Translations under genes and position numbers: made by a program | Source of the DNA: Raillietiella orientalis | Lineage: Eukaryota | Direction of reading: 5' to 3' | Assembly (NCBI GenBank): GCA_036172245.1 | Contig: JAYWIR010000012.1 | Coordinates: 3,720,001 to 3,784,000 of the forward strand | Length of the DNA stretch: 64,000 bases | Shown: piece by piece, positions 1-12,109 of the stretch | How the letters are laid out: each line of letters begins with the position of its first letter | Position numbering within the stretch: position 1 is the stretch's first letter | Notes under the pieces: generated by a model | The model's input: only the letters and a program-made list of their open reading frames with translations | The model's database searches: none | Told to the model about the DNA's origin: nothing

Positions 1-433
1 CTTTGTTGTCCGCCGTCCCGTTCCCAGAGACACTCGGTCGCGAAGGACGAGGGTCCTCCCGGGTCCTTTTTCGTGTTCCAAGAGGGGTCAGAGAGAGAGG
101 GGAGGGGGCACCGTGCGCGAGTGCGCGTGCACAGAGGAGGTTCCAGAAGCGCCACTGCTAGTCCTGGGACGTGAGCCGAGCCCTCGGAGCCGAGTCCCGC
201 GTAGCAGGAGGTTTCACGTTTTCCGGACCTCCGGAGGGAACGGGGGGGCAAAGGAGAGTGCGTGGCAAGCGCGTGGGCCCTCCCCTCGGCAAGCCACCGC
301 CACAGCTCTCCCGAATGGGATGCCGTTGGCCGAGACTTCCCGAAAACGAAGGACGCCGGAAAGTTGGAGGGAAGAGCAGCTTCCTCCTCCTCCTCCTCTT
401 ACTCTTTTTTTTCTCTTCCTTTCATAATCCCAT

Positions 434-494
434 CCTCCCTTTCCCCTCCTGTTTTTCCTTCCTCCCTTTCCCCTCCTGTTTTTCCTTCCTCCCT
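434..494. repeat. 27-bp tandem repeat (about 2.3 copies) within a pyrimidine-rich tract
   Basis: Unit cctccctttcccctcctgtttttcctt at 434-460 and 461-487, with a partial third copy at 488-494. Confidence 0.9.
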
Positions 495-597
495 CTCTTC
501 CTCCTATCTTTCTCCTCTCCTCCTACTGAATTCCTCCTTCATTCTTTCTGCCCTTTCCTTCTCCTCTCGTTTCTTGCAGGAACATGGGGCTTCCCGT

Positions 598-845
598 AAA
601 TGATTTAGAAGTACTAGTAATTCGTGTTTTATTTTATTAGAGTGAAATTGATATTAATGCTAAATGTTGATGGGTTAAATAAAATGATTGCTATGCGTAA
701 GGAAATATAGTTGAACTTGGTTATGTTAGTATGAGAAGTATGTTTAGTAATAGATTATTGGGTTGCGTAGTTTGGAGATATAAGATTTTAATCTTAAGTT
801 AATGTTGGTTTTCTAAAGTTTAATGAGTGAAACATTACCTGCTAC
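598..845 (-). pseudogene. Probable nuclear mitochondrial insertion (NUMT), nad2-like fragment
   Basis: Abrupt AT-rich island: by hand count 601-840 has 52 G and 12 C in 240 nt (about 27% GC, strong skew) inside GC-rich DNA. In the invertebrate mitochondrial code the minus strand reads P-T-L-T...IKILYLQTTQPNNLLLNMLLMLT*...LYF/LRM, resembling the ND2 C-terminal GLPPLTGFxPKW...NLYFYLR region with stops and frameshifts. Confidence 0.5.
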
Positions 846-2900
846 CGGATCAGGGACGGCGGCAACAGGGGATCGCGTGAGCGCTTGGGATGGTGGGGGA
901 GTGGAGCCGGCAGAGTGGAAAGCCGCGAGGAAGGGAGGTGCGGTCACCCCACGCGCCCTCTGGGCTCGCCGGTCGGTGAAGCCCGCAGGGCGGGCGGACA
1001 CTAGGGGGGCTGCCGGCACCTGTAAGCAGGAAGAGGGCCGCCTGCGTCCTAGGCCCGCAGCATGGAGGCAATCGAGATCTGGGGTGCTCCATCCCTCCGG
1101 ATCCCCACCCCGCAGGGAGCGCAGTCACTCCTCTTGCAGTTTCGTCCCTTCGGAGCGGCGCGCGGGACGCTGGAACGCGTCACGAAGAGGCCGCTAAAGG
1201 TCGTCTCCCAGGTCCGGGATGCGCGGGCGTAGGGAGGGGAACCCCCCACTCCCATTTTCCGTCCTCCTCGCCGCAGCGAGGGAGCCGCCAGGAAGAGGAG
1301 GATGTCATCTTGACCCGGCATCCTCGGGCGCCTCAGGAAGAGGATCGGGCGCTGCTCCTCGCAAGAGGGAGGGCCACCAGAGGGGAGACAGGGGAAGAGG
1401 GGAGCACAGAGGTGTCACGCTCCCGTGGGAGCAGCGGATGGTGTTTCCTTCCCGCCTCCGGATGGCGCCACCTTCAGGGCAGAGAAGGAAGGCGACGTGA
1501 TGGAGAAAAAGGCGGTGAGGGAGGGAGGAAGCGAAGGGGCGCCTAGAGATCCCAGAGGATTGAGGGGCGGTTCCCCTCCCACACAGGAAGGGGAACCGCC
1601 GGCCACGGCCCGTCCTCTGCGCCCGTTTTCGAGACGACCGCCTGGAGCGTCGTGGCCTGGCTCGGGTGGATCTCCGCTCTCCTATATCCCTGAAAATTCG
1701 CCGAGGGATTTCCGGGGCAAGCCGGGAATGATGGATCTGCGTCTCGCGGACTGCCCGAGGCGCTCCCGGGGACCGCAGATCCAGAAGGGGTGGAGGTCAA
1801 GATCGCCGGTGGAGCATCCCCTCTCCTTCGAGTTGTGGTCTGGTCGCGATCCCCCGGCCAGATGTCCTACGGCGACGCGATCCCCGTAGCTGGAAAAGAG
1901 ACCCCTGGCTCCCTGGGGTGGCGCTCCCGCAAGGATTGGACGCAACCGGTCCTACCCTTGCGGTCCCGGGAAGAGAAATGTCTGTCGTCGGAGAGCAAGC
2001 TGGGGGGGAGGGTAAGGGAACGAAAGAAGGGAAGCTCTTCCTTTCTCCCCCTCTCCACCGCTGTACCGTCACTGTAGGCACGTAGTCCGCCCAACTACCC
2101 AGCTCACAGGGCACCGGGGCAACTCAGAGAGGCAGGAAGGCTAAACGAACGCCTTCGAGGCAACCCGAGGGAGGAAACGCACCCCCTCTATGAAGGGCAA
2201 GCGCAGAATTTCCCCGCCGGGCGCGCTCCCGCGGGATGCAAGGCATCCCGACGGAGTTCTCAGAGGAGCGGGGCGTGCCCCCGACTCCTTGCCCCTCCTC
2301 ACTCCTCACGCGAACGGCTCTCTGAGGACGGAAGGCGCAGCACTTCCACATCCGAGGTGATGATGGGTCATAGAGCACTCCCTGTCCCCTAAAAAAAGAA
2401 AATGCGGGCGGGTGGTGGAAGAGGGGAAGGGGGAGGTGGAGCCGCCGCGCCAGAAAGCGGAAGACTTTTCTGTCGCCCTCTTGCGGGCGGGATCTTCGTG
2501 TTTTGAGGGCGACATCCCTCGGACGCCGTTTAAGCGCGGAAGGTGGGGGGGGGGGGGGGAGAGGAACAGCTCGAGTCGGGCCCCACGAGCAGGGACGGGT
2601 ACTTCGCGAGCCCCTATACCTTGCTTGGGCGCCGCTAAGGTGACATTCGAGCCTTCCTGCCAGCCTTTCACTCCTTCAACCTCCGAAGGGAGGAGAGGAC
2701 GCGGCGCTGCCTGCAGCCGCTCCCTCCTAAGAGGATGGCGAACGAGCTGCCGCCATTTGCTAGCCGCACCCTCGAAGGAAGGGGCCGTCCGCTGAACGGG
2801 ATCGCGCTACATCCTTTCGGGATGCCGACGATCGGCGCAGAGCCGCACCTTCTCGTTTGTCCTCATCCCCCACGTGCGTCGCCCCCCGGCGTGCGCGTCT
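845..2900 (-). mobile_element. Decayed non-LTR retrotransposon (I-group LINE), RT region and probable endonuclease region
   Basis: Collinear minus-strand motif remnants: QGYRRA (QxGFR), AVPLPVWEG...ILWDL (AVFFDLEKAYD...ILRDL), QDDILLFLAAPSL (YADD), AWGDRTSL (WGADRTSL), and cctgatccggta, reading PDPV (LDPV). The endonuclease assignment beyond about 2300 is weak. Confidence 0.6.
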
Positions 2901-3050
2901 TCGGAGACTCCACCAGGGGATCGCGCTGGTGTGTCTCCCCCCCCTGCCCCCCGCACTCTTTCGAAACCCTTCTCGACCTTCGCGCACGGAGTTGCCGCTT
3001 CCCTTCCGCCTCCGAGCCCGCAGCAACCGAACCTTTCTCGTCAGGCCCTC

Positions 3051-3096
3051 ATTGGTCATCTTCCTCCCCCGCGCGCAGCTGATTGGTCAGTTTGAA
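3051..3096 (+). promoter_or_regulatory. Candidate cell-cycle-type promoter: two inverted CCAAT boxes plus a CHR element
   Basis: ATTGG at 3051-3055 and 3082-3086 (31 bp apart, both in attggtca context), GC-rich ccccgcgcgc between them, TTTGAA at 3091-3096. Confidence 0.4.
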
Positions 3097-5249
3097 TTCC
3101 GAGAGAGACGGTTGTCGAAGGCGCTCCTCCGTCACGGACGTTGGACGCCGCCTCAACGTCGGAGTTGGCTGACGTGCGAAGCACCCGAAGCTCGAAAATG
3201 TGCAGGAGGAATTTTTTTTTCTTTCTTTTTTTCCAGGGCGGAAAAAAAACAATGCTCAGCCCAACGTACCAAAAAAGGAAGGAAGGAAGAAGAAGAACGA
3301 AAGGAGGGAAGAATATGATGTGCTTCTGAAGTGGAAATTTTTTTCCAATTTTGGGCTCGATGCGAGGTCAGAGGCAAATTTTGGAACCCAATTATGGGAA
3401 AGCGCATGTGTGCTGCTGGCACGTCAGGTTTCGAGGAGAGGGCGAGGCGAAAGCAAGTTCGAAGGCGGGCGTGGAGCTCCTAAAACCCCACCGCTGCCGG
3501 TTGTTGAGTGTTCGAAATTCGCGTTTAACTTTTCTGGCAGGTCTAATTACTATCTGATCTTTTCCTCCGAGGGAAACTTCCTCAAAATATTAATTTCTGT
3601 CACCGGATGCGACTCGATTGGCAGAATCCTCCCCCCTCCCCTCCCCTTTTCTGCTTGTTTTTTTGTTTTTTCTTTTTACCGATATTTTTTTTCTTTCTTT
3701 CTTTCTTCCTTTCTTCCCCCCCCCCCTTCCCTCCCCCCTCTCTGCGCGCAGGCGTGCGCTTTTTGTGTTTGTTTTTTCCTTTCTTTCCTTCCTCTCTGCG
3801 TAGGCCCATTTCCTTTCATGTCCGAGCCATTGTTGAGACAGGGCAAAGTGCCGAACAAGGGCGGGTGGCTCGCCATCTGGAAGTTTTTGACACGTTTCGC
3901 GAACCTCTTGAAGTGCTGGAGTCATCGTCGCGAAGACTGCGGAACTGCTTCCTTAAAAAGCCGTTTGTTTCTTGCATTCTATTCTTATCCGTGCTCGAAT
4001 GTGCGTGTTTTATTCCCCCCCCCCCTTTTCCTCCTCTCCACTCACTCACCCCCCCCTCCTCCCTTCCTTTTAATGCGAATCCATAAATTGTGAAATTATT
4101 TCGATAATACGTTGTGTGAATTCTGCTTACAGCCATTCATAAAAAGGAACGGGTTTCATCTGTGTTTTCGAGATTCATTTTCGGAGACGCGAATAAGCTC
4201 CACGTCTTCGTACATGTGCTCTTTATTTGCGTAACTGCGCAGAGACTGAAGTCTCGCTCGCGATTATCTAATATTTATGCAATTCGAAAGTTGAAGAGTC
4301 AAAGCTTTCGTATTTAATCATCTCGGCTCGTGGAAACTCTTACGGAAGGTACTCATAAATTCCATTTCGTGGAGTCATTTGGACCTGTCCCGAAAGGAGT
4401 TCGTTTGGAGTGAAATTCCGGATTGACACTGCCGAGATACTTGCGTGTCATCTGGGTTCCATTCCTGGAGAGAAGAAATAATTAAATGTTGACGTCTGAA
4501 CGTTACTTTTCTCCGTCGTGGAACGATTCCGCCGCCGCGAGAAAATGACGCGTCGAGCGCGTGCATGGAAGCCGGGGGCGTCTCGCACCGGTGCAGCAGA
4601 AACCTGCTCTGAGGATGAGCTTGTGCGTGTGTGCGCGCGTGGGGAGAGGGGAAAAGGGGGGAGAGAAAGAGAATCGATGATGGTCCTCGCTCGTTCTTGT
4701 GCGAGCAAGAATCCTTCCCGCCTAGTAGCCATAAACAGGTCTTGTCAGGAACGACCCGGGTTTTCCTGATACGACCGACGGATCCACGCAGCAGTCGGTT
4801 TCGTTCATCTCCCGCTCAACCTCCATCCCTTCCCGCTGGCTGCCTCACCTCTGCGCCACGAGCAATCCAAAGCGAGCCATTCGAAGGTTCCGTGGAGATT
4901 CGGGAGGGGGGCGGTTCGGGTGCGTTCCTAGAGGAAAGAGGAACAGAGATAGGACGAAAGGAAAGGGATACTCCTTCCTCCATCCCTGCAGGAAGAGACG
5001 GTTTTTAGAATAGCCGAGAACGCAGCGCGGGAAAGTCTTCTCTTATTCCGGGAAACCTCCGGAACCAGTCCCGGTCGCAGCAGTGGGGACATCAGGGACA
5101 GGCGACCCTGCCGGATGGGGGCACGGGGCGGAAGAGGGACTCTCGATTTCGCCCTCCATCGAATGCAGCTCGCGGCCGCTGAAGGCGGCGGCGGCGGCAG
5201 CAAAAAGATCGTCGGGAAGCGTCTGCAGCAGCTGCAGGCTACCTTCCTC

Positions 5250-6520
5250 ATACACGAAAGAGGTGAAAGAGGAGACCTTTTGGCTCCTCCGGGTGGCGAG
5301 GGAGCAGGGCTCGAGCGGGAGAAGTCGCGAGGCTGCTGGGCTCTCTCCTTCCTTCCCTTCCGCGCCTCTCCTCACGGCACACAGTCCCGCGGGAAGCACG
5401 GGAGTGCCCCAGGCACAGAAGGGTGGGACCCCTGTATTGCCTGTGCTCCGGGTGGTCGTCGAGGCTTGGCGGCGGCACCTGGAAATAATCCTTCTGGGCC
5501 CTCAATCCGGCTGGCAGGGTGTGGTGGACAATCTGTGCGCGACTGAGGTCGGAAGCTGGGCAACCGGCAACCTCTACGGTGTGGGAGGAGGGCGGAAGTA
5601 GCTCGCAAGTGTTCCTTCTGAGAAGGGCCGTTGAGTGTCCCCTCCTCCCTTCCTCCCACCCTGATGGTGCGCACTTATAGTCCCATCTCGGGTAGCCTCT
5701 CCGGAGTGTCTCCTGGTCTCCCGATTTCCCCCAGAATTCTCCTCTCCACCTCCCTCGAGCCCGGATGGCTCGTGCGAGTCCCGCATGGAATCCTTAGACG
5801 CGTGTCACTGAGACATGTTTGAACCGGAGGCATCTTTCATTCGTGTCCGCGTGGGACCCCCGACTCCTTGATCCTTCTCCTTCCATAGTGGAAAGTTGTT
5901 TTCCTTCCTCTGGATTCATTTGTGCACTCCTCTCTCCCCTTGAGGTGACCAGCCCGATGACTTGCACGTCATCATTACCTTCTTCACACTTGTCTGCCCT
6001 CAGAAGGCCTCCCTCGCCATACACACGCATTTTCTCCTTCTCCGCTAGGTGGACTGCCTCCGACGCGAGCTTCCCATCCCTATCCCCATGCCCTTTCATG
6101 CTCTTCTTCCTCCTCTTCATGCTTCCTCCACCCTCTTTCCTCCCTCTCGTCGAGAACTCCCTTGCGTACCTAGTACCACAGTCGAGATGGTGCAAGTCCC
6201 GAGGTCTCTCTAAGAGGTTGCCTGGGATGCGTCTCACCGCCGAAAGCGAGTTCAGATGGACTGGTCCTTCGCCCCTTTTCGTCTGCTTCTCCGTCCCGCT
6301 GACGCTGCAGAGCTGCATGGGAGTACGGCTGCGGGATGGGGGATCAAGCTGGTCCTTTTTCCTTCCCTCTTTTTCCTTTTGGAAGGAGGGATCCAGAAGT
6401 GAAATCCCTTTCCCCTCTGCCTCCGGGAGAGAGCGCGCGCGCGGAGCGGCGCAGAAGGGGAACTGCTGTTACTGTCCCATCGAGACCCCTTGATCTCGGG
6501 GAAGGGCAGGGGGTTCAATA
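5250..6520 (-). mobile_element. Decayed Ty3/gypsy LTR retrotransposon pol (RT-RNase H)
   Basis: Ordered minus-strand remnants: SSSPSAPL...GKGFHFW (SPWASP...GxxRxCVDY), GLLRADKCEEGNDDVQVIGLVTSRG (GLxLxxxKC...VxFLGHxISxxG), TISAHH (PVLAHY), KDYFQVPPPSLDDHPE (xYLxGxxF...TDHxPL). Confidence 0.6.
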
Positions 6521-6899
6521 ACCGGCTCCTGGAAAGAAAGGGGGGTGGAGGAAGGGGAGCGAAGCGGGGCGGAAGGGAATAACCCCTTCACGGGCACAAA
6601 CGGGAGAAGCGGGATGGTGTGAAGCTTCGCTCGACCCCGAGCAAGAAGAGGAGGGGGCTCCGGACTCCTCCTCCTTCTCGCGAGCTAGGAGGAGGGACCC
6701 AGACGCAGCTGCAATCCCGGGAAATCGCTCCCTCGCCGTCGTCACGCGGGTCGATCCTTTCTTGCGCGCCGCCGGATTTACCGAGAGGGCGGCAGCGCGC
6801 GGCCCGGAGCTCGGGTTGCCCCGAACGACCGTGACGGCAGGTCACGCAAGGAAGAGGAGGGAGGGGACCACGGAGGATGGAATCGGTCTGCAGAGAATG

Positions 6900-8900
6900 G
6901 TCTTTTGTGCCTCTGGCGGAGAAGGGGGCTGTCTTCCTGCGCACGCAGAGGGGTCCACGCATCCCTCTCGCCCTCTCCGGAGCTAATCAGAAGCGGAACG
7001 ACGGCAGCCGAGTGGAAAGTGCGGGTCCAGGGGGTGCAGTGCTCTGGGCGACTCTTTCTCTCGGGTCTCCCCATATTGTTGAGTGATCCCCGATGGCGCG
7101 TGCTCGTTGCCCGGTGCGAGGCGGCTGCCGCCGTGTGGAAGCTGAGAGCTGAGCGACTTTCATGCCTGCCTTGCTGCTGCCTCACCTTTACGGTGGGCCT
7201 CTGGCGGAAAAAAGGAAATAAAAACAGGGGGTAGGGTGAGGGCTGCACGCTGCTTTCTCTGTGTATCATCTCCGGACCTCCACCTTATTGGATGGCACGT
7301 GGGAGGTGCTGAACGCCGGTCCGTCGGGCGTCACGCCGAAGTCAGCTTTCCTCCTCGCTCCCCGGGGGCTCCGTCCGAGAAGTCGGATGGTGGAGGGAAA
7401 GGAGAGGGGCAAAGGGAGGAAGAAGGAATTCCTGCAGCTTCCGTCATCCCCTTGCTCGACGATCGAAGGAGCGACCAGACTCCTGGACGGCTGACCTGCT
7501 TGCGGACGCGCGCTCAGTGTGCGTGCGAGCAGGGCATGGTGAGCAGAGAAACCACTTTGGGGATGGGGTGGGAGTTTTCCCCTAGGAAGAACTGGTGGTG
7601 GGTCCTTCAAACCCGCTTGGACTCTTTCTCCAGCAGGCAGGAAGGCGTCGCTCTTTTGCTGGAGATCCCCATGCGATTGATCCGCAGGTCATCGGCTGAC
7701 CCTCGAGAGCTCCTGCCCGAGCTGTCCAAGGTGCGGCAGGATCGAAACGATCCCGCAGTCCCTGCTGGAGTGGGTAGGTTAGTGGGGGGAGCTCGTTCCC
7801 TCCTCCCCAGCCTCTCACTTTTCGGATTTTCTGCCGCTCGCGCGGCAGTCCGACCGACACCCCTTTGTTTTTGTTTTTGTTTTTTTTTTTTTGGGGGGGG
7901 GGGGGGGGATGAGGCGACTGTTCCTTCCATCTCGAAGGTTCTCTCTCCACGGCTACGGTAGTGACCGCGCCGCGTCAGGTTCGCGGGACATCGAGGTAGC
8001 ACGGCATGCCCAAGACGGAAAAGCTCCGGGAACACGGAAAGGTCGCACTTCGGGTGGTGCGGCGAGTCAACAAGTGACCCCATGCGAAGGCGAAGGGCGG
8101 AGAACCCACCGTCCGCATGGTGGGACACCTAAGGAGTTGAAGGGGCTGGGTTCTGCGCACTGTGATTGACCCTTCCGCCCACCCCATCCTCTCCCTATCC
8201 TCTCAACAGTCATGTCATTTATTGTCTCCACCCTTCTGTGCAACCAGCTCCACCCCCTGAGTGGAGAGCCCTGTGCGGACGTCTGCTTGCCCGAAGCTGT
8301 TATCCTTAAGTGAAAGATCAGTCGGGAATACGAGCTAACGGGAAGCTGCTCGGACGGCCTGCCTCCTTTCTGAGCGGCCCCACTATCTTGGGAGACGCTC
8401 TCTCGGATACTCTATCCAGGAGAAGGGCAGGAGGAAAGCCTCCTCCTCCCATTTCCTGCTCTTCCCTCCATCCTTTCTTGGCGGAAGACGTCCTGCGACG
8501 AGAACACGACCGTTCGCGCTTTCCCTCCAGTACGAGATGGCCGATGGCCTGGGGGAGAGGCAGTGGTTGCAGACCCTGGGAAGGGAGATTGCGCAAACGG
8601 GGATCGGGCAGACTCTTGGACGTCAGGGAGAGGGAGGGACGCCCAGTAAGTGGAACGAAGAGAGAGGAGGCGCTGGACGGGCCATCCAGAGCGCTCTTTT
8701 ATTACCATAGGAGGGAGTGCTGGGGAGAGAAGCGCCGTCGTCCACATGGAGAACGGCCGCCTCGCAAGAGCACAGAACAGAAAACAGGGGCAGGAGAAAA
8801 GTGCGAGGTGTCCCCACACAGCGCCTCCTGTCTGCTTCCCAGGTCTCCCTGCATTCCTGCAGGTTCTCCCCTACCGATAGAGACTGCCTGATTTCCATTC
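6900..8900 (+). mobile_element. Decayed RTE-like LINE (RT and C-terminal region)
   Basis: ELIRSGTTAAEWK (GxxPxxW), GVTPKSAFLL (GCPLSPLLF), IPAASVIPLLDD (IPGLMYADD), LGMGWEFSPRK (LGLxFSxxK), and a tail resembling the RTE C-terminus at about 8650-8820. Confidence 0.45.
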
Positions 8901-10779
8901 CTGCAAAAGTTCAGCAGTCTTCAGTCGCTTACCGGAGAAACTCATTTCGAATGCTCTGCCATCTAGCGCACGCATCCTCAATTAACGCTGGCTGTCCCGG
9001 TTCCGTCCCGTTGCGGGGGGGGGGGGGGTAGGCGGAAGGGAGCAACTGAAAAGCCGCACAAACCAGTCACTCTCCCCCTCTCCTACCATCCATCCTTTCT
9101 TCCGTAAGTCTACCGACGTTTTTTCTTTCTTTCTTTTTTTTACCGGCCACGCTGACCGTGACCTGCAGGGGCGAGATTTCGCTACGAGCGTTGTCGAAAG
9201 CGGTGGCAGATTGCCAATCGGCTGAGAGTTCCCTCGCTAGGAATCGCGCGCGAGCACCGCGTGGTTTCCCTCTTCGTACTATCCCTACGACGAAAAACAG
9301 CAGGCACGTTCCGACGAGAAGGAAATCACTGGTTGTCAGTAGCATCTCCACGCCCCGGCACGCAAAAGCGCTCCTCCTGCAAGCAAAGCCGGCGTGCCGT
9401 TATGACTCGCAAATGGTACGCTCCCGTGCACCTCCAGGATGACGAATTCCAACTCGCGGCTCTTTATTTCGAGGCGTGCAAAACTTACTCAGCTGCTGAT
9501 GGCGTCGTAAATTGCCATTCTGCTGAATACACATTAATCTCCGGCAATGCGCGAGGTATCCAAGCGACGTTGGCGCTGCGGAAACCTCTAAAGATTTGCA
9601 GCCGTCGTTTTTTTTTTTTTTTTTTCTTTCCTTTCGTCCTCCTCCTCCTCTTCCTCTTTTTTTTTTTTTTTCTGACAGCGGTTTCCAGCACGGTGGTTCC
9701 GTAGTCGGGCTCGGCAAAAAAACTCGCCACTGAATTCTCCTAATCGGTCCTGCCAGCCGAGACTCGAAAGAAAGGAAGTGGTGAATTCTGCCCTTCTTAG
9801 AAATCACCGCGCGCACGGCCGCAGCCGTCGATTCTCCCACGTCCAGCAAATCGTCCAGCCATCTCCAGGTAAACGTCCTATCTATTCAATGTTGCTTGAT
9901 GGGTGGTTAGGGATCGATGTAGGGGACCCACGTGCACGCGTGGGGGTAGTCACGCTCGCGCACGTTTCTGCGCTCCGTACAACCGCCATGCGGATAGAGT
10001 GCATGCGGATGTGTACACACGCACGAACATATCTGATGCATGTGCACCCGCAAATGCACGCACACGTGTGCATTCGTGTAGCCGAGCGTGCACCGCGAAC
10101 ATCTGTACACGTGGCTTGCGATTATATAAACGTACGGCACAACCGAAATCCGTGTATCGCAGGCAAGATAGAGAGAGGTGCACCTTTTCACATCCTTCCG
10201 TCCACGTGAGAAGTACACACACGTCGCGAAACGTACGGATGCTAAACGGAAAACACGCGTCTCATGTACTCAAAAAGTATTTTTAAAATGCCATTGCACG
10301 CAATGTATTGTGCTGTGTGTGCTATCTGCACGTGTCGTGGATGCACGTTGGCACGAACGTAACACATCTCGCTTATGTGTACGAAGCGCTGAGGAATTGC
10401 CTTTATGTTTCATGTGTTGCCGTCGCATGTGGATTACTGGAGAATTCAGACACGTGCTCGAGAAATCAAATACTCCCACACATCGAGCTTTTATGGATGA
10501 AGTAACACGATGAGCTTTCTATAAGAACGTTTATTCCATTCGTTATGCGTGTGCTGTCTAGCACCAGGATTCGTAGAGTGGATCCATGTGTTTCCATGCC
10601 AATGGCACTGTTTGGGGAGTTTACAGTGCCGTAATAAGAATTTCCTTGTGGAGAGCAAAAATAGCTTATCCTGAAAATTTCAAATGAGAATGGAGATGCT
10701 ATAAATAATGCTCACAGCGTTTCATAGTGTCATTGAGCTGTACAATGTAAATACTGAGCTTTCTCCGTGATGGATTGAA

Positions 10780-11720
10780 ACTTGGTTCGAAAATTTCTCC
10801 AGAATACTGCACAAATTAGATTTTGTTATTTAAGAACTTTACGAGCATTCATCTTGATTATTGTTTTCGGAAACCAGGCTGAAACTGCATGCCAGCAATG
10901 GCTACCTGTAATGGAATTTTTCATACATGGGAAGATGGAATACTCTTCCACATGTTTTTCAAAACGCAGACAGGCACAGCGAAATTTGAATGGCGCTAAT
11001 GTTTAGCGAATTATCAATGGAAACAACAACAACACCTGGTGTGGTTGCGGAGTTTCTGCGGAGAAATGCGAACACGTTCCGAATTCGGGGGGGATCCACT
11101 CAGGCGGGGAGCCCGGTTTCCACGTGGATACTCGGATCCCGACAGCGGGTCTACCTGAAACACGCTGATGGCAGCGATTTCGGCGAGAGCGGGATGAGCA
11201 GCAAACAATGGTGCTAAAAATAACTGAACAATGGGTCTGCCATTTTGCGTGTGCGAGCTAAACAGACCAATTGCGCAGGAACGGGCGTGAGCTGAGATGT
11301 CGCATCGTCGCAAGGGCGTGAAGAATCGGAAACATCAACGGCTCGTCCTGGCGTTCCAGGCGGGAAGATCCTGATCTCCTGGGAAGTGCCGTGCCTGTGG
11401 AAGATCAAGGGGTCGCCCGGAGCTCCAGGTGAGGGATGGGTGGGGATTCCGAATATGCTCACCGTCCGTGCAAGTTCCCCCGGAGGCGGAAAATCGCGTT
11501 TGTTTAATCGAAGTCTTCTCCACAGTCAGGCCCGAGGCATCGCTTCTATCCTTTTTGTGCTCCGAGCTTAAAAACGACGCGATCTCTCGGTCGAATGCCA
11601 CTCTTGCCGTGTGCGATAGACATCGCAAATGATCTTGGGAAAATTGATTCTGCGGAAGCCTACGTGCGACGGGATCGAAATCTTAGTATTCGCTAGCGGA
11701 CTGACATCCCAAAGCTGTAT
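10780..11720 (+). mobile_element. Decayed PIF/Harbinger transposase (HARBI1-like)
   Basis: Collinear remnants across frames: FCYLRTLRAF (FxxYLRM..F), WLPVMEFFIHG (RLxxTLRFLATG), TTTPGVVAEFLRRNANTF-PN (PxTxxEW..IA..F...W.FPNC), DSGS (SGS.Y.NYK), DFGESGMSS (DVG..G..SD), LNNGSAIL, SRR...LG...LWKI (SRARR..E..FG.L..RWRI), AYVRRD. Confidence 0.6.
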
Positions 11721-12109
11721 GTAGGCTGGGCCCCAAACCTCTCCGACTTCAATCAGCGAGGATCCGCGCATACGACGGAAGAACAAGGACACAGTAAAGA
11801 AGAAAACATTTTTAATTCTTTGCTCGGCGATTTGACCGAGAGGTTCCAGGTGCGGTCCCGAAGCTTTTCCCTTGTCGGGTGTGTGCATGTGTGTTCTTCT
11901 TTAATAATGTTTGGTTCCAAACATCTCCCTCTGTTACGGGTCTTGAAGGATTGTTTCTTGGCTCTGCTGCAAAACCCAGAGGAAATAATTTTCATCGTCC
12001 GCAGCCCCTCCGACGAAAGCAGTGGTATGCTAACCAGAAAAGAGGGGGAAAAGAAAAGAAAAAAAAAAACTCATAGAAAAGGAGTCCCCCCCCCCCCTAC
12101 CCACTTGGA

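Noticed and set aside
1..400. Possible RNase H end of the minus-strand LINE (PTASHSGEL, HVPGL)
   Set aside because: The position fits, but only two weak motif echoes are visible, too little to list as a feature.
9261..9704. ORF containing TRKWY, as an exon or another piggyBac tail
   Set aside because: A single short motif, no convincing splice sites and no further collinear motifs.
10601..10633. Hairpin starting AATGGCACTG, like the 5' end of miR-263
   Set aside because: The match ends after 10 nt, and the stem of about 10 bp is far too short for a pre-miRNA.
11370..11571. PCLWKIK read as a MADF domain (Harbinger second gene)
   Set aside because: The same residues fall where the transposase RWRI motif is expected, so a continuing transposase is the simpler reading. 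A Pfam MADF search would settle it.
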